A DNA stretch of 55,923 nt, counting the filler, from Squatina squatina (lineage: Eukaryota): assembly GCA_031763465.1 (NCBI GenBank). It is 3 parts of one record of this genome, joined end to end, with 100 filler letters (N's around TTAATTAATTAA, not from the genome) between each part and the next. Parts side by side here need not be neighbours in the genome. Positions count along the whole stretch, not along the records: positions 15,708 to 38,262 come from JARFOE010000016.1; positions 38,363 to 55,923 come from JARFOE010000016.1; 1 more part is not named here. One strand, written 5' to 3'. Below are positions 37,296 through 50,958 of this stretch, piece by piece. A model generated the notes under the pieces. The model did no database searches, was not told the DNA's origin, and was given only the letters and a program-made list of their open reading frames with translations. Every line of letters begins with the position of its first letter. Within the stretch, counting starts at the first letter, position 1. The position numbers were made by a program, and so were the translations under genes.

Positions 37296-38262
37296 ANNNN
37301 NNNNNNNNNNNNNNNNNNNNNNNNNNNNNNNNNNNNNNNNNNNNNNNNNNNNNNNNNNNNNNNNNNNNNNNNNNNNNNNNNNNNNNNNNNNNNNNNACAA
37401 GTTGGCCCATGGGCTGATTCTCCGGGATGGCATGTCGCCTCGTCAGCGACAAGCATCATGAAATCACAGATTATACGCCTGGAATTTCCCAATATGCGTG
37501 ATGGGCAGATAACACTCCCCAACAGCAGCTCAAAGTTGGAAAGTGCCCCAAGGGGGAGGAATTTTATGCAAGGTTCCCAAGTCTCAGTTACAAGTAGGTA
37601 CCAACAAAGTAAACTGAATCAGCCTGACATGCCCTGATGAGCTGCCCATCACTTGACCTTCACTTGTACGGGCATTCCATTATCCCTGAGAAGCTACCCT
37701 TCAATTACAATTCAGTAAATTGTCACTGATAATTACCTTAATTACTGTACAAGGGAAACCAAGACGCAGAGCCAAACTGATTAGAATCAGCACGGTAAAG
37801 CAGCTATACAAAAAATAATAATGGTTGAGGAAAATGACATACTGCACACAGGATATGAAATATCCTCCCCTACTACTCGCCAATGCTACAGGTGGAAAGA
37901 TGTTGCAGCTCCAGATCCAAATACATGGAGCCAAAGCATCGTGTTGCAAAGAAGATAATGAGCATAATGGATAATTGCAGCAGCTGTGTTCAATTGAGAG
38001 CTCCACTACTAAAACTAGTTAAGACTATTCATTGAATATTTGAAAAGAGGGCTGCTTCATCTTCAGCAGTGACAGTAATAATTAGATAGAATGTCAGCTT
38101 CAAGACTTCCTTTTTAAAAATAAGTTACTTCCTTATTTTTCTTCCCTTCCCCTCTTTGGAGTCTCACTACTCCACCCATCATCTCAGTCTGAACAGTGAT
38201 CTGCATCAAGCCTGGGGTAGGAGGGAGGGATGGCAGCAAGTGGTGAAGCGTGGACCAGGCCT

Positions 38263-38362
38263 NNNNNNNNNNNNNNNNNNNNNNNNNNNNNNNNNNNNNN
38301 NNNNNNTTAATTAATTAANNNNNNNNNNNNNNNNNNNNNNNNNNNNNNNNNNNNNNNNNNNN
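38263..38362. other. Artificial scaffold-concatenation spacer (six-frame stop linker)
   Basis: 44 N + TTAATTAATTAA (38307-38318) + 44 N, exactly 100 bp. Confidence 0.95.
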
Positions 38363-41300
38363 GTCCCATTTTGAAAATGGTGTGCATGAACAAAGCTTCG
38401 AATTTTAAGTTAGCTCAGTAAATAACACTGTCTCACTCATTCTGACAATGTTGTACTCACCCTCATCAATTGAGTTCCAAAAATTGGAGTGGCATTGGGC
38501 ATACACAATACACGTGAAAACATCACAAGAGGCATTGCCTGCTGGAACTCTGCACTGCATCAAGACAACTATATGAGTGGGATTCACTGAGCTAGGCAAT
38601 TAAATCAAGTCATTTAACTTCATTACATTATGACTTTCATGTCATATTCATGTCTCCACTGATAGAAAAATCACACTATAATCACATTTGTCAATTTTGT
38701 GCTGCAGAATATGCTCAGTAGGAATTGGGGTGAGACTGCTCCAACCCAATTTCACACATCGATGTGCCTTAACACAAGAGGAGATACACAAGAGGAGATA
38801 CACTTTCATCTCATCAGTAGCTTGTTTTAAACCAAAAAACAAGAAATGGCTTGATGGCTGAATTCCTGTACCTATGGGAACTAAACTTTGATCATACTGT
38901 GTAGATTTTTCAGCAAATTGAGGCCTAAAAGTCTATTGTACACTGGTGAAATCTGCTGTAAGTGGGCCATCGCTGAATACAGAGTTGGGGCTACATTTGT
39001 GTGGATTTGAATGAAGCAAATTCCTAATATTGAGTGGGGATTGCGAAGAACCATCCCAATTCAAGTGAGTGCAACGTCTCTTTGTAACTTATGTGCAAAA
39101 GGTTTTGTCTCTGTGCAGCAGGAAGAAAAAAGTTAAAATATCTATTTCTACACAAACTGAGTTTGGATGTAACTATGGGTAGGTTGCATGTTGTGCAGAA
39201 GGTGAAATATTGGGCATAATGTTCAAAATTTAGAAATAAACGTCATTAAGTAATTCAAAAGGAAAAATGTTTCAGATTCAAAATTTCTCAAACCAATCAT
39301 TCTGAGAAAAATAAACAGGGATTNNNNNNNNNNNNNNNNNNNNNNNNNNNNNNNNNNNNNNNNNNNNNNNNNNNNNNNNNNNNNNNNNNNNNNNNNNNNN
39401 NNNNNNNNNNNNNNNNNNNNNNNCTTTATGCAATCCTTAGTACTGCTCCCTTTTCCCTGTCCTCCCCACCCACTGAGTCTCATTTACAGCCCAATCTGCC
39501 ACTGCCCCCCATCCCATCCCTGAGATTCTTTGCTGCCCCAATCCCTCCCCCCCACTTTCACATAGAATGAGGTAACTTGCTAGTCCTGGCCTATGTCTCT
39601 CTTCCCCTTGCCCCATTCCCTGAGCTCCTCCTCTCCCCTCCTCCCCTCTCCCTCCCTCAATCCCTCTCCTCCCAATCTCCTCCCTCTCCCCACCCTTGGT
39701 CCAATTATCCCCCGACCTGCTAGCCTTCCTTGACCCAGTACTGCATTTGATTTTTTTATGCCCCTGTGCAATGTCACAGAAACCAACTAGTGCAAGAAAA
39801 GATTTAATTAGCTCTTTTAAATTTACCGCTATTCTTAAATTGGTTTTTCATCACTGCTTTGCTTTTCAACACTGTCAGTTGGCTATATGAAGGTGTGCCC
39901 AATATTTGTAAATCAGTGCATGCAAAACCCAAGGCAGATGGTTTGCGAAGACTGCTTTTGGTCATTGTAATATATATTGATGGTCAGTTTCATACACTGG
40001 AGAGTTTCCATTCAGTCAACTTAGACTCCAGAACTTCTGATTGGATGCAGGTCTTTTCAGTTTTTAATCAACTACTGCCCTGCAAATGATGTTTAAAGCA
40101 CACGCTGATGACAGCCAGCTGAAAGTAATGGTACAAACGCAGCCAGACCATGAATTGTACTACTCAATATGGCTGCAATCACCTTTCAAATAGTATGCAT
40201 GATAGAATAGCAGTACATAGCTTCCTCCGCACCATCTTACACAGCTCAAGAAGCAGTATGTTTTTCCAGAGAACTTTTTTGCAAAATAGTCATAATTTCA
40301 GGTCTAACAAAATTGAATAGCTTACTGGTGAGGTCAGAAAATGAGACCTAGACTTAGCCATGTGGCACAAAAAAATTAAATGCGAGCAGTTTAATTATTC
40401 TGGTTTCCTTTTTTGAGTCTGTTGCCCAGACTTTGAAATTGAAGCAATGAAAAATAAACACTGCTTCTGGTAATGAAAACACTATGAACAGAATCAGGAG
40501 TTATTTTGTGAATGCCTTTAACAAAACCAGTTTGGACAGTTCTTTAAGGTACTACACGTAAAAAAGGACATGAAATGAGTAAATATACATTTGTCAGGCT
40601 ACATCACAGTACATTTGAATCTATTCTTTCTGGTTTCACCTGGTAAATATCGTCTTTATGTGCGGCATGCTATTGCAGCTGTATTTCTGCCAACAGGGAA
40701 AAATGTGTCAGCAATTCACCTGAATCAGACTTGCGAAACTGCTTAGCCTCCCAATTTCTTCTGTGACAAGTAATGGTCTGTTTATTTTAAACTTTTTTGC
40801 CTCTAGCAAATAATTCCTTTTCTGTCACCCAAGTATTGTCCCAGTGGGTAATGCTTGCTAAAGATCTTAACCACAAAGGCTTGCAAAAGCACTGCCTACC
40901 AGCAAAAAGAAGCAATCAGTGACTCCTTTGTGAAATAAAACCAAAGAGGTTTGCTCTGCAATGAAACCAGCGTAGATTTCTTCCACGATGCTGTAAAAAC
41001 ATCTTTCATGTGAATTAGTGCAACCTGAGTATTTTTTTAACAGAGGGTAATTGTTTATGCACGAGAGTTTCCTGGAACAAAGCACATTGCTTTAATGTGT
41101 TTTGCTTTAATAAGATGTAATGACTCCCCCCAGCATATTGACTCTACTTATTAAATAATAGAGTAACTCCACGAATACTCAACTCCTTTACAGTCCAAAG
41201 AATATTACTGCTCATTACCAAAATGGTTTTAATGAGCTTGGCCTTGCAGCTCTAGTGGTTTTGCAAGTTCAAATTGCAGTCTCAACTGTAATTTGAGCTT

Positions 41301-41544
41301 GGCCTCATTGGGCAATTTCCATCATTTTTCAGCCAGGCTAGTATTTGGAACACTGTCCAGCAGTAGAGGTTTGGTGGGAGAGGGAGTTTGGTGGGGGCAG
41401 GGAGAGACCTAACAGGACTAATGGTCTCTCATAGATCCCTATACGTACTCTCAGCTGATCGTGGAGTGGTATTGGTGATGATGAAAGGACCAAAGCCAAA
41501 ATTGTTCCTCTCTGCACCTTCTGACCACTGATCATAGGGTAACA

Positions 41545-41816
41545 TATTTGACAGTATTTCACGGTAGAAGATACTAAAAGCCCAATAATACTAAAAAAAA
41601 CAAGGGGCAAAAGGGAGGGAGGAAATAAATACAATCACTGTCACTAGAGAAAAAGTGCTAGGCAAATTAATGGGACTAAAGGCTGACTAAAGGCTGGACC
41701 TGATGGCCTGCATCCTAGGATCATAAAAGAAGTGGCTACAGAGATAATGGATGCATTAGTTGTTTTCCAGAATATTGGAAAACCGCCAATGTAACACCCT
41801 TATTCAAAAGGGAAGG
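41545..41816 (+). mobile_element. CR1-like LINE ORF2 fragment
   Basis: Reads approximately REKVLGKLMGLKAD..GPDGLHPRIIKEVATEIMDALVV.FQ...WKTANVTPLFK, the region just before the RT domain. Confidence 0.85.
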
Positions 41817-44251
41817 NNNNNNNNNNNNNNNNNNNNNNNNNNNNNNNNNNNNNNNNNNNNNNNNNNNNNNNNNNNNNNNNNNNNNNNNNNNNNNNNNNNN
41901 NNNNNNNNNNNNNNNNGGGTGCATTTCTGGAAAGATTCGCTGGAAGTGATCAGCCCTAAAACTCTGGTTGATTTTCCATTACCTATCCTAAGCTCACGAG
42001 CTCTATTGCAGCACCCACACTGCAGAGCAGGCAGGGATCAGCTAAATCCACAGAGACTGGGGATGGAACCTGTGACCTTCCTAACCTGTGTGGCCCCACT
42101 GAGTCATAGGGACGTTATGGTAGTCATTTTAGTGCAAAACACTATCAGCCTTTTGTAACCAGAAAGTAATAGCCTTGTTCTTGCTGTCAAAATTATAATT
42201 ATGCTGCTGATTCAAAACCTACAAGGATGGGTTTGTTTGGATCACATTAGCAGATGTTGTTAAAGCCTATAAATCCAAAATAGTTTTGTTGTTAATTCTG
42301 TCATCAACTACTGTTGGCAACACGCAGCCAGCAATATATCTTTTCTCACTCCCATTCTGATAACATCTCTTTAATTAACTGCTGTGGGTGATAATCATCC
42401 AGAGAAAGGCAGTTATCCAGTTCAGACTCGGGTTTCTTCAAGTATGGGTGCAAATAGCTATGCTCCATTTAACACCAACTAATGCCTGGGGATGTTTTCC
42501 TGATTGGAGGCAGGGTACCAGGCATTAATCAGATGTGTGGATCATTCACAGGTCACTAGCTCCTCCTGTACTGACCATGGAAACAAATAGTACTCCAAAG
42601 GGTTAGCATGTATAGACCTGTAAGAAGGAAATCACTATTTTTTAATATAAAAATTAAACATTGTTGCAAGATCTCTGAAATGTTAAATCATAAACAGGCA
42701 CACATCCCTTGTCCTAGGCCTTCAGGCCATTTTGGGATTCAGTATGTACTTTTAAAAGTCATACCTACAGATAAATGGGGCGAATGAAGGGGTTTGGAGG
42801 CAACTGAATAATTATGGAAAAAAAATACTCTGACTCCTGCAGTCCTTCCCAATGCCTGTGTAAAGTTTCAAGGGATCTCTTTTTATTCCATGATATTCTT
42901 CTTTATCACTTTTCTGTGGGCTGTTTCAACTTACTAGTATTCAGTTTTTAAGTTGATTGTTGCTTCCACAACAAGCGTCACTAATAGTAGCGGGAATAGC
43001 AAAAGTGCCATTCATATCAGCACCCACACTTACACAGAATGGTCCTGTAGTTCTATGAGATCTGTAAATGCAACTTACCTGTATATGAATACAATGGTGT
43101 CATCATATCTTTGAAAGTCAATCTCAGAATTTCCAGTTCAAATATAACTGCTACCGAAGGCACACATCATTTCTGTAAAAAGCAGTACTACTCACCCAGA
43201 GAGTAGGCAGCTGGTTTCTCCTGTTATCTGTGCAGTAGTATGTATGTTGCAGAGTAAATGCACACTACTGCAGACAATTAATATTAATTAATCACTGGTT
43301 TTCAAAGAGAATGTGTCACATATCAATAAGACAGTATCAAAATAGTATGTTTCCTTTGTGACGTATGGTGTCTGGCATCTAGACTAACAGGAAGATTTAG
43401 CTGCATATAATTTCACTTATTCAATGCATTTCTGAAGCAACACACCTGCATGCACTTCTCCAAATAACTAAATATAAGATATTTAGTGCAGATTTATAAC
43501 TATAAACTTTTAAACAAAGAGTGAAATGTAAAGTGAAATGNNNNNNNNNNNNNNNNNNNNNNNNNNNNNNNNNNNNNNNNNNNNNNNNNNNNNNNNNNNN
43601 NNNNNNNNNNNNNNNNNNNNNNNNNNNNNNNNNNNNNNNNAATTTGTTTTTGTCATCATCTCAGCTGCATGAATCCTCCAGCCCGACTAAATCACAACAG
43701 TAACTGTTGCCCCACATAATAAACGCTGGACAACAAATGCAATTGCAAGCGGACGTTGATCGTGACATTATACCCCTCGGCCAGACGACAAGGAGTCGAT
43801 GTAATCCAGTGACAATGATGAATGTAACATCTGCTGGCGAGTTGCAGAGGACCTGGGTGCTCTTCAGAAGTGAGGAGTTCTGGAAGGCCAGCCAGCTGGT
43901 AGCTATGAATGGCTCTGTGTGCGAGGTAGCTGTCAGCTCTGAATGATTGATGCTCCGTGCTATAAAGTGAAGATCAGAGCTTTCCTCTTCACTCTGGATA
44001 TCCAGAGGGCCTGAGACCATGACATCATACTTTCATATCCACTCAAACGGTCTTTTAAAGTGTCTCTTCAACGATAGGAAGCAGGCTTGTGCCAAACTAA
44101 AACCTTAGACTTGAATTACCAGCATCGGCTTAAACTGTGTTCAGAGCTAAAACGATATTCTTGCCAAGAAAGCCACTGAGATTTCTGGCCTAGCTTGTGT
44201 CCCGAGTGACTTGTGTCTTGCAACATTAAATCAAAAAGCTGTTTTAAAATC

Positions 44252-44600
44252 AAAGGGGCCCCAATTCGTCTGACCTCATGCCCGAATTGCGTCGACTAGC
44301 GGCACAATCTGGACGTGAAATCAGCGTAGAGGCCTAAAAAATCAAAATGCAGAATTGGGCCTGCCGCACCAACGGCGTAAATCGCCTGCCGTCGGTGGTG
44401 CAGGGATCGGCACGCGACAACATAATATCACGCGGTGACCGGTCTCCGCCCGCCCGGTATTGGAGGTGGCTTGCCCCCCCGACGCCACTGCGCTGGCAAT
44501 GACAGGTTTCCCCCGTCGTTGCCAGGGGTCCTTAAAAGGTGCGTGGCCGATCTCCCCGAAGAACCCACCCCCTTTGCCGGCATGCTGGCACCAACAAAAA
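44252..44600. mobile_element. CpG-rich non-autonomous DNA-transposon-like fragment
   Basis: Abrupt start ggggccccaattcg and dense CpG in an AT-rich background; similar in style to 24229-24620. Confidence 0.4.
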
Positions 44601-47600
44601 TTTTTTTTTAAGTTCCATAAGGAGTTCTATTACAGGCTATTCATACAAAAATAGTATGTTAGAGCATTAAACAAATTGTTTCTCTAAGCTGCTCACTGCT
44701 CCATAAGTTTAGTTGCCTGTATTTTGTAGCATGTTCATTATAAAACATACTGCCTGCAAATTGTATCATGTTGCAGAGCCCCTGTCTGATTAAGTGGTTT
44801 ACCATTTCTTTAAAAGGTTCGGTAACTTAGACTAAAAACAAATATCTTGAAACCATCACAAACGAAAGCTGAGACCCTTCGAAATTACCACGTAGTGTAA
44901 CACTTAGTAGGTCAGCTCAGGAACTGTTAACAATGTTTATATGTAAATAAAATAGCAGCACCTTCCACACTCACACTATGTGAAAGGTTTTTATTCACTA
45001 ATGATCGAAGGGTTCCTGACCTTTTACAAATGTGCAGGATTAGTCTCATTTCCTATGGCAAAAAGGCAAACAACTGCAACTTTCTTGATTTTACTCTGCA
45101 GATGGTGATTTGGATGTGAAAACAGGACTGACAAATAAATTAATCAAAACGACATCACCAGAGACATAGTTTGCACACCGACCTTTGGGGAGGTGAATTA
45201 CAGCAAGGTTTGACTCTGTGTGAAAAGGAATGCTTCCCACTTAGAATGACTTCAGTTCTCCGCATCTTGAAAAAATTTAAACTGCGATTACTATAATCTG
45301 CCATTTTTAGCCCTTAAGTAGGCCTGTTTTGTATCCTCTACAACAGGATTGTGATAAGACTCTAATGTGTGACCAACAGCAAGATTTGGACATGTGACTT
45401 CACAAGCTACCGCTGGCTTGAATCTGTGGATCTCCAGCGATGAAAGACAGTGACATAGGCTGCGATGCCATTGAGTTCCACATGTCTTTGACGTTCACAA
45501 GACCTAATCTCATTAAAAGTAATCCTTCCATATGTTGGATGTAGTCTCTCTAAAGGTGAAAGCTGTACTGAGTCAAGTACACCTGTTAAGGATTAAAACA
45601 AAATGATAATTGAACTAGTAACAAGCCAGTGCTGACATTTTCCTGTTCTATTACAGCTTTTAAAGCTGCAACACCCCACAATTGTGGCAAAAGGAAAATC
45701 CACATATAGGTACAAGCTGAAGCTGCTGGCTTATTAAAACGGCTTTGTCACTCCATCTGTTATGAAGATATTTTGATTTTTATAGTGGAGGTGAATTTCA
45801 GGAACGTGCCATTTGTGTACCCCTGTTACTGACCTCTACTTTTCATCTCTAGATTGCTGTCAATCTTAGACTCAGGTCTGGCACGTGTAACTTTAAAGTG
45901 TGTTCTAAAATGGGAATAAAGAAAAATTCCAGATCCTGACTCCAGCTGACCTGTTCCTGGAACCCATACTGCCATATTGATTAGCCACACTGGTGCCAGT
46001 TTAATACATGCACCTGAGCAGCAGTGAATATCAATTCCTTTTTGTGTGTATGAAATACATCTATCATGAAAGTTTGGAATAAGAGTCTTAAAAAGGAACC
46101 ACGTATTGGAAGTGTAGAAAAAGTGCTATTGGAATTATTTTATTCGCTGTCACTAGTTTATGTGACCTGTCTAGGTCCAGGACTTCAAAATAAAAGGTAT
46201 ATTTAAATCTGTTCAACAATAATAAAAATCAACAAAACAGTATATTTTCATTTCACTTTCAACAAATTCTGTTTTACATGAGCAGACCAGGCGGAGTAAA
46301 AAAAAGGAATAACCTCCTATTGTACAAAAGCTCGCCACACAGTCACCTACCAAAGGAATCAATACAATGTGTGGCAAAATGTAATCGAATTCACCGACTA
46401 AGGCTGTAACTTGTCTTTAGATGGCTACAGTAAACGCTTAAGCTTTAAATTAGCGTTAATAGCATATTTCATAAGAAAACCCTCTGAGACCCAAATACAT
46501 TTTTCTCGAAAGCACTGAACTAGTTTAATCCTGTGAGCAGACAGATTAGATGGATGTATTCAGAATACTCCCGCTCACTTACAAATTGTTAGGAAAAGAA
46601 AAAGACCCAAAAGCAATTGGCGATGAAATTACCAACTGACAGATGATAAAATAATTGCAGCAAGGAAGTACATTTTAGAAAAATGGTCAAGTGGTGTTCC
46701 AAGCAAGTTTACACAAGTTTCATGACTTCTAATGACAAGAACTTTCCAAGTTTTACACAAAACACTGTTTACCTCACTGTTTCTGTAATGGAGATCTCAC
46801 AGGTCCTTGTGCTGAATGTCTTAATCATGAGGACTTCAGAGCTCGATTCAAAAAGTGGGACCCTGGCCAAATGGAGATGAACAGTGTCAATAACTTTCTC
46901 TTTCAAGAAAATGTGTCTCCGAATGTTGTTATTTGAGATGTTTTTTCAGTTTCAAAGCATAACAACAAGTTAATCTTTCTGAATATTATTTGTCTTATAG
47001 ATTGTATTGTAAAAATTGGTTTCCATGTTATAATNNNNNNNNNNNNNNNNNNNNNNNNNNNNNNNNNNNNNNNNNNNNNNNNNNNNNNNNNNNNNNNNNN
47101 NNNNNNNNNNNNNNNNNNNNNNNNNNNNNNNNNNNNNNNNNNNNNNNNNNNNNNNNNNNNNNNNNNNNNNNNNNNNNNNNNNNNNNNNNNNNNNNNNNNN
47201 NNNNNNNNNNNNNNNNNNNNNNNNNNNNNNNNNNNNNNNNNNNNNNNNNNNNNNNNNNNNNNNNNNNNNNNNNNNNNNNNNNNNNNNNNNNNNNNNNNNN
47301 NNNNNNNNNNNNNNNNNNNNNNNNNNNNNNNNNNNNNNNNNNNNNNNNNNNNNNNNNNNNNNNNNNNNNNNNNNNNNNNNNNNNNNNNNNNNNNNNNNNN
47401 NNNNNNNNNNNNNNNNNNNNNNNNNNNNNNNNNNNNNNNNNNNNNNNNNNNNNNNNNNNNNNNNNNNNNNNNNNNNNNNNNNNNNNNNNNNNNNNNNNNN
47501 NNNNNNNNNNNNNNNNNNNNNNNNNNNNNNNNNNNNNNNNNNNNNNNNNNNNNNNNNNNNNNNNNNNNNNNNNNNNNNNNNNNNNNNNNNNNNNNNNNNN

Positions 47601-47907
47601 NNNNNNNNNNNNNNNNNNNNNNNNNNNNNNNNNNNNNNNNNNNNNNNNNNNNNNNNNNNNNNNNNNNNNNNNNNNNNNNNNNNNNNNNNNNNNNNNNNNN
47701 NNNNNNNNNNNNNNNNNNNNNNNNNNNNNNNNNNNNNNNNNNNNNNNNNNNNNNNNNNNNNNNNNNNNNNNNNNNNNNNNNNNNNNNNNNNNNNNNNNNN
47801 NNNNNNNNNNNNNNNNNNNNNNNNNNNNNNNNNNNNNNNNNAGGAAATTTATTGATCATTCAGTCACCACCACCATCAACCACCCCGCACACCCCCCGCC
47901 ACCTCCC

Positions 47908-48085
47908 CGGCAAGGGAACTTCAATGTCCACCAACAAGTGACTTGGTGGCATTACCGCTGACCAAACTGGGCAAGTCCTGTAGGACATAGTTGCCAGAGT
48001 GGGCCTGCATCAGGTGGTGAAGGAACCAGTGCAAAGAATGATCCTCACCAACCTATCACAGGTACATTTGTCCACGACAGTCTTC
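47908..48085 (+). mobile_element. LINE endonuclease (APE) domain fragment
   Basis: GNFNVHQQ...TDQTGQVL*DIVARVGLHQVVKEP...ILTNL resembles GDFNxHH...GLxQVVxEPTR...LDLILTN. Confidence 0.65.
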
Positions 48086-48749
48086 TTTCATTGCAATTGT
48101 GGACCATCTTTTAAAGTGGCCACAAAGAATCAGAAGAATTTAAAATATATTGTAAGCCTTTGGCAATCAAGCACTTCTGGCAAAAATACATCATGTTTTT
48201 GCACCTCCTAATGACCACACAGCAACAAAGATTGTACAATATTTCATTCCCGATTAATGCTTAATCCTTTATCAAAAATGAACCTCAAGTACTCGCAGAA
48301 CACTCAGTAACCGGAGAATACCTCAGGCGAGATATACAAATTATTACTAAAGTGCAGAGTTGTTTAAAAGATCTGTTGATTTGAATTTCAGGCAAATTAA
48401 ATTACCTCTGTATTTTTTAAGCTGTAGCTCTGTTTGGAATTAAGTCCACATTTTCATCAATGGAATATTTCCTGCAGTGTGGTTTTGTTTTATATAGAAG
48501 CCAAATAATGTTCAACCAAATCAACAAAAATAAACAAGTAGTGTAATTTTAAGATAAAAAATAGATGGTTACACATTTAATTTAGAGTTGAACATTTGAC
48601 CTGTGTGGAAATCAGCCACTGATCATGAGCCAATTTTTACCTTCACCTTGAGTACATCTGGAAATATTGAATATATATTTGGATTTTTTGCATGTATAGG
48701 CATGCAATAAAACAGACTAAATGTCATGTTAGTGAGGAGAAACTGTGGG

Positions 48750-48882
48750 GGTGAAATTCAATTTGACAAGAGCCCCCGTTAAACACATTGAAATCAATGG
48801 ACAGCAAAGATCGGTTGAGCGTACTACGGGCAGTCGATCCACTACCAGCTATTTTGTGCTCTCGTCGGAGTTGAATTTCACC
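48750..48882. mobile_element. MITE with ~24-bp imperfect terminal inverted repeats
   Basis: Left end is ggtgaaattcaatttgacaagagc; the reverse complement of the right end is ggtgaaattcaactccgacgagagc. Confidence 0.7.
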
Positions 48883-49169
48883 TTCTGTGCCCTTTTGAAA
48901 ACTTACATATTTAGAAATTTAAAGCTCATTTGACATTATACAAATTATTGAATAATAATATTCAATTTAATAAGTTTTTAAAACTTTATTCCCATTTATC
49001 AAATAATGTTAAGCCTTTAAATTATGAACCACCTTCATATATAATTAATCATTTACATTATCTATTGTAAATGTAATTTGTATTCTAACAAGCAATTCTT
49101 TGATTGCGATGCTTTAAGCTAGTTAGTTAGGTTTAGCTAGTAAAAGGCCAGCCCAGTTTACTGCCTTAC

Positions 49170-49640
49170 TTACATTTAAACCATTGGTGTGTGACTCTCC
49201 CTCTCCCTCTTAAACCTAATATCAAATTCAGTCACGTTAAGGCCACTATTCGCAAGGTGTTCCCATACCGCCGGATTGTAAACTAATTCTGGTTCGTTGC
49301 TCATCACTAAATCCAGTCTGGTCTCTTCCTTGTCGGCTCTAAAAACAGGTTGTTCTTGGAAACTGTCCCGAGTACACTTGAGAAAGTCACTCCTTGCGAT
49401 GTTCTGATTCTCCCAGTCTGTGTTAAATTAAAATCTCCCATTGTAACCACATTGTTTTTGTGACATGTTTCCCTGATCCCCGTATTTATTCAACCTTTCT
49501 GCCATATCACTAATATCAGGAGGACTGTAGACAACTTCTACTGGCGTCTTGCATCATTTGTGTTCCTTAAATGTACCCATAGTGCTTCCATTGCCTAAAC
49601 ACCCTTACTGAAACCCCTCCTTTCTACTACTGTAATTGTC
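49170..49640 (-). mobile_element. CR1-like LINE endonuclease-domain fragment
   Basis: The minus strand encodes decayed VYSPP, VVTMGDFN, EPTR and LDLVMSNEPELV...EHLANS motifs. Confidence 0.7.
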
Positions 49641-50958
49641 ACATTTCAGAACAATTGCACAAAGTGCTGAATAAGCAGCGGTCTTGGCATAGCAGCACTG
49701 GACTCAATGTCTGAAGCTTCCTAATTGACCTTATCAATCATAGTTAACAAAAGGAGAAAGGAAGCCGGGATTCTAACTTGGAGCCTGAATAGCAATTAAA
49801 GTCTCATTAAATCACCCAGTGTTTACTTAACAGCAATTCAATTTTCAGGTCTCAANNNNNNNNNNNNNNNNNNNNNNNNNNNNNNNNNNNNNNNNNNNNN
49901 NNNNNNNNNNNNNNNNNNNNNNNNNNNNNNNNNNNNNNNNNNNNNNNNNNNNNNNCATTGTTTAAACTGAAAACAAACATGATTTCCTTAATATATACGG
50001 ACTACAAAATTATTTGAGATGAATATAATTTACAAATGATTTGTATGAGATTATGCCTCCATGTCTTTTAAAAAGATTCTGATTGGCGGACCTTCTCAAA
50101 GTAATTTTAGAAACAAGAATTTATCATCATTCATTTGTCACGCTGGCCTGACAGTTTTACACCATATAATCCTCACAGAAATTACCTTCCCAATAAAGAC
50201 ATCCTTTATTTACAGAGCACTGAATTTATTAAGTGTTTCTGGTTGCTGTTCTCTGCAAATATAGATCACGTGCACATTTATTTTCCCAGTACTATAAATT
50301 TTAACGAGCCATATTTTCAACAAGTACACTACAGGAAATGTATATACAACCTCATCATTGTGGCATTAGTTGTGCTAAGTTGTTCATGATGGCTAAATTC
50401 ATAGCTCCATTACACATTTTATAAACACTGGTTCCAGCTGAAAGAACAGCGGTATACAACAGCCCTGAGAACTACAAGTGGCATGACAATCTGAAAGACT
50501 GTTTCTAGGCTGTAATCCATGGACAAAATGTTTTTTGGAGCTGTAATCGGTTAACAATCACAATTGTGTACTAAGCTCAAAACACGTGAAGCTAATGATC
50601 TGACTTGGTGACATACTAAGCAATCCCATGCTCATCAATCTTCTAACATTAGGATGCAAGTTTATGGAAGAGTAGAAAAATCATTTCCTGTAATGAGAAG
50701 GCACGTCAAATCTAAGGAAAAAAAACAGAAAAGTANNNNNNNNNNNNNNNNNNNNNNNNNNNNNNNNNNNNNNNNNNNNNNNNNNNNNNNNNNNNNNNNN
50801 NNNNNNNNNNNNNNNNNNNNNNNNNNNNNNNNNNNCTCTCTCTCTATATATGCTGATGCACACACTATTGGTCTGAACTCAGGTGGTTTATGATTTCTGG
50901 AGATCAGTTGCAGCTTTCACCCCAAAAACAGTGGTAGTAGCAGTTTTAACAAATGCAA

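Noticed and set aside
39590-39700. Pyrimidine-rich C/T tract (G-quadruplex or triplex potential); also the G-run at 31000-31050
   Set aside because: Ordinary low-complexity sequence with no supporting context.
46903-47961. Long ORFs (318 and 323 aa) and similar X-rich ORFs elsewhere
   Set aside because: They are almost entirely N-gap read-through.
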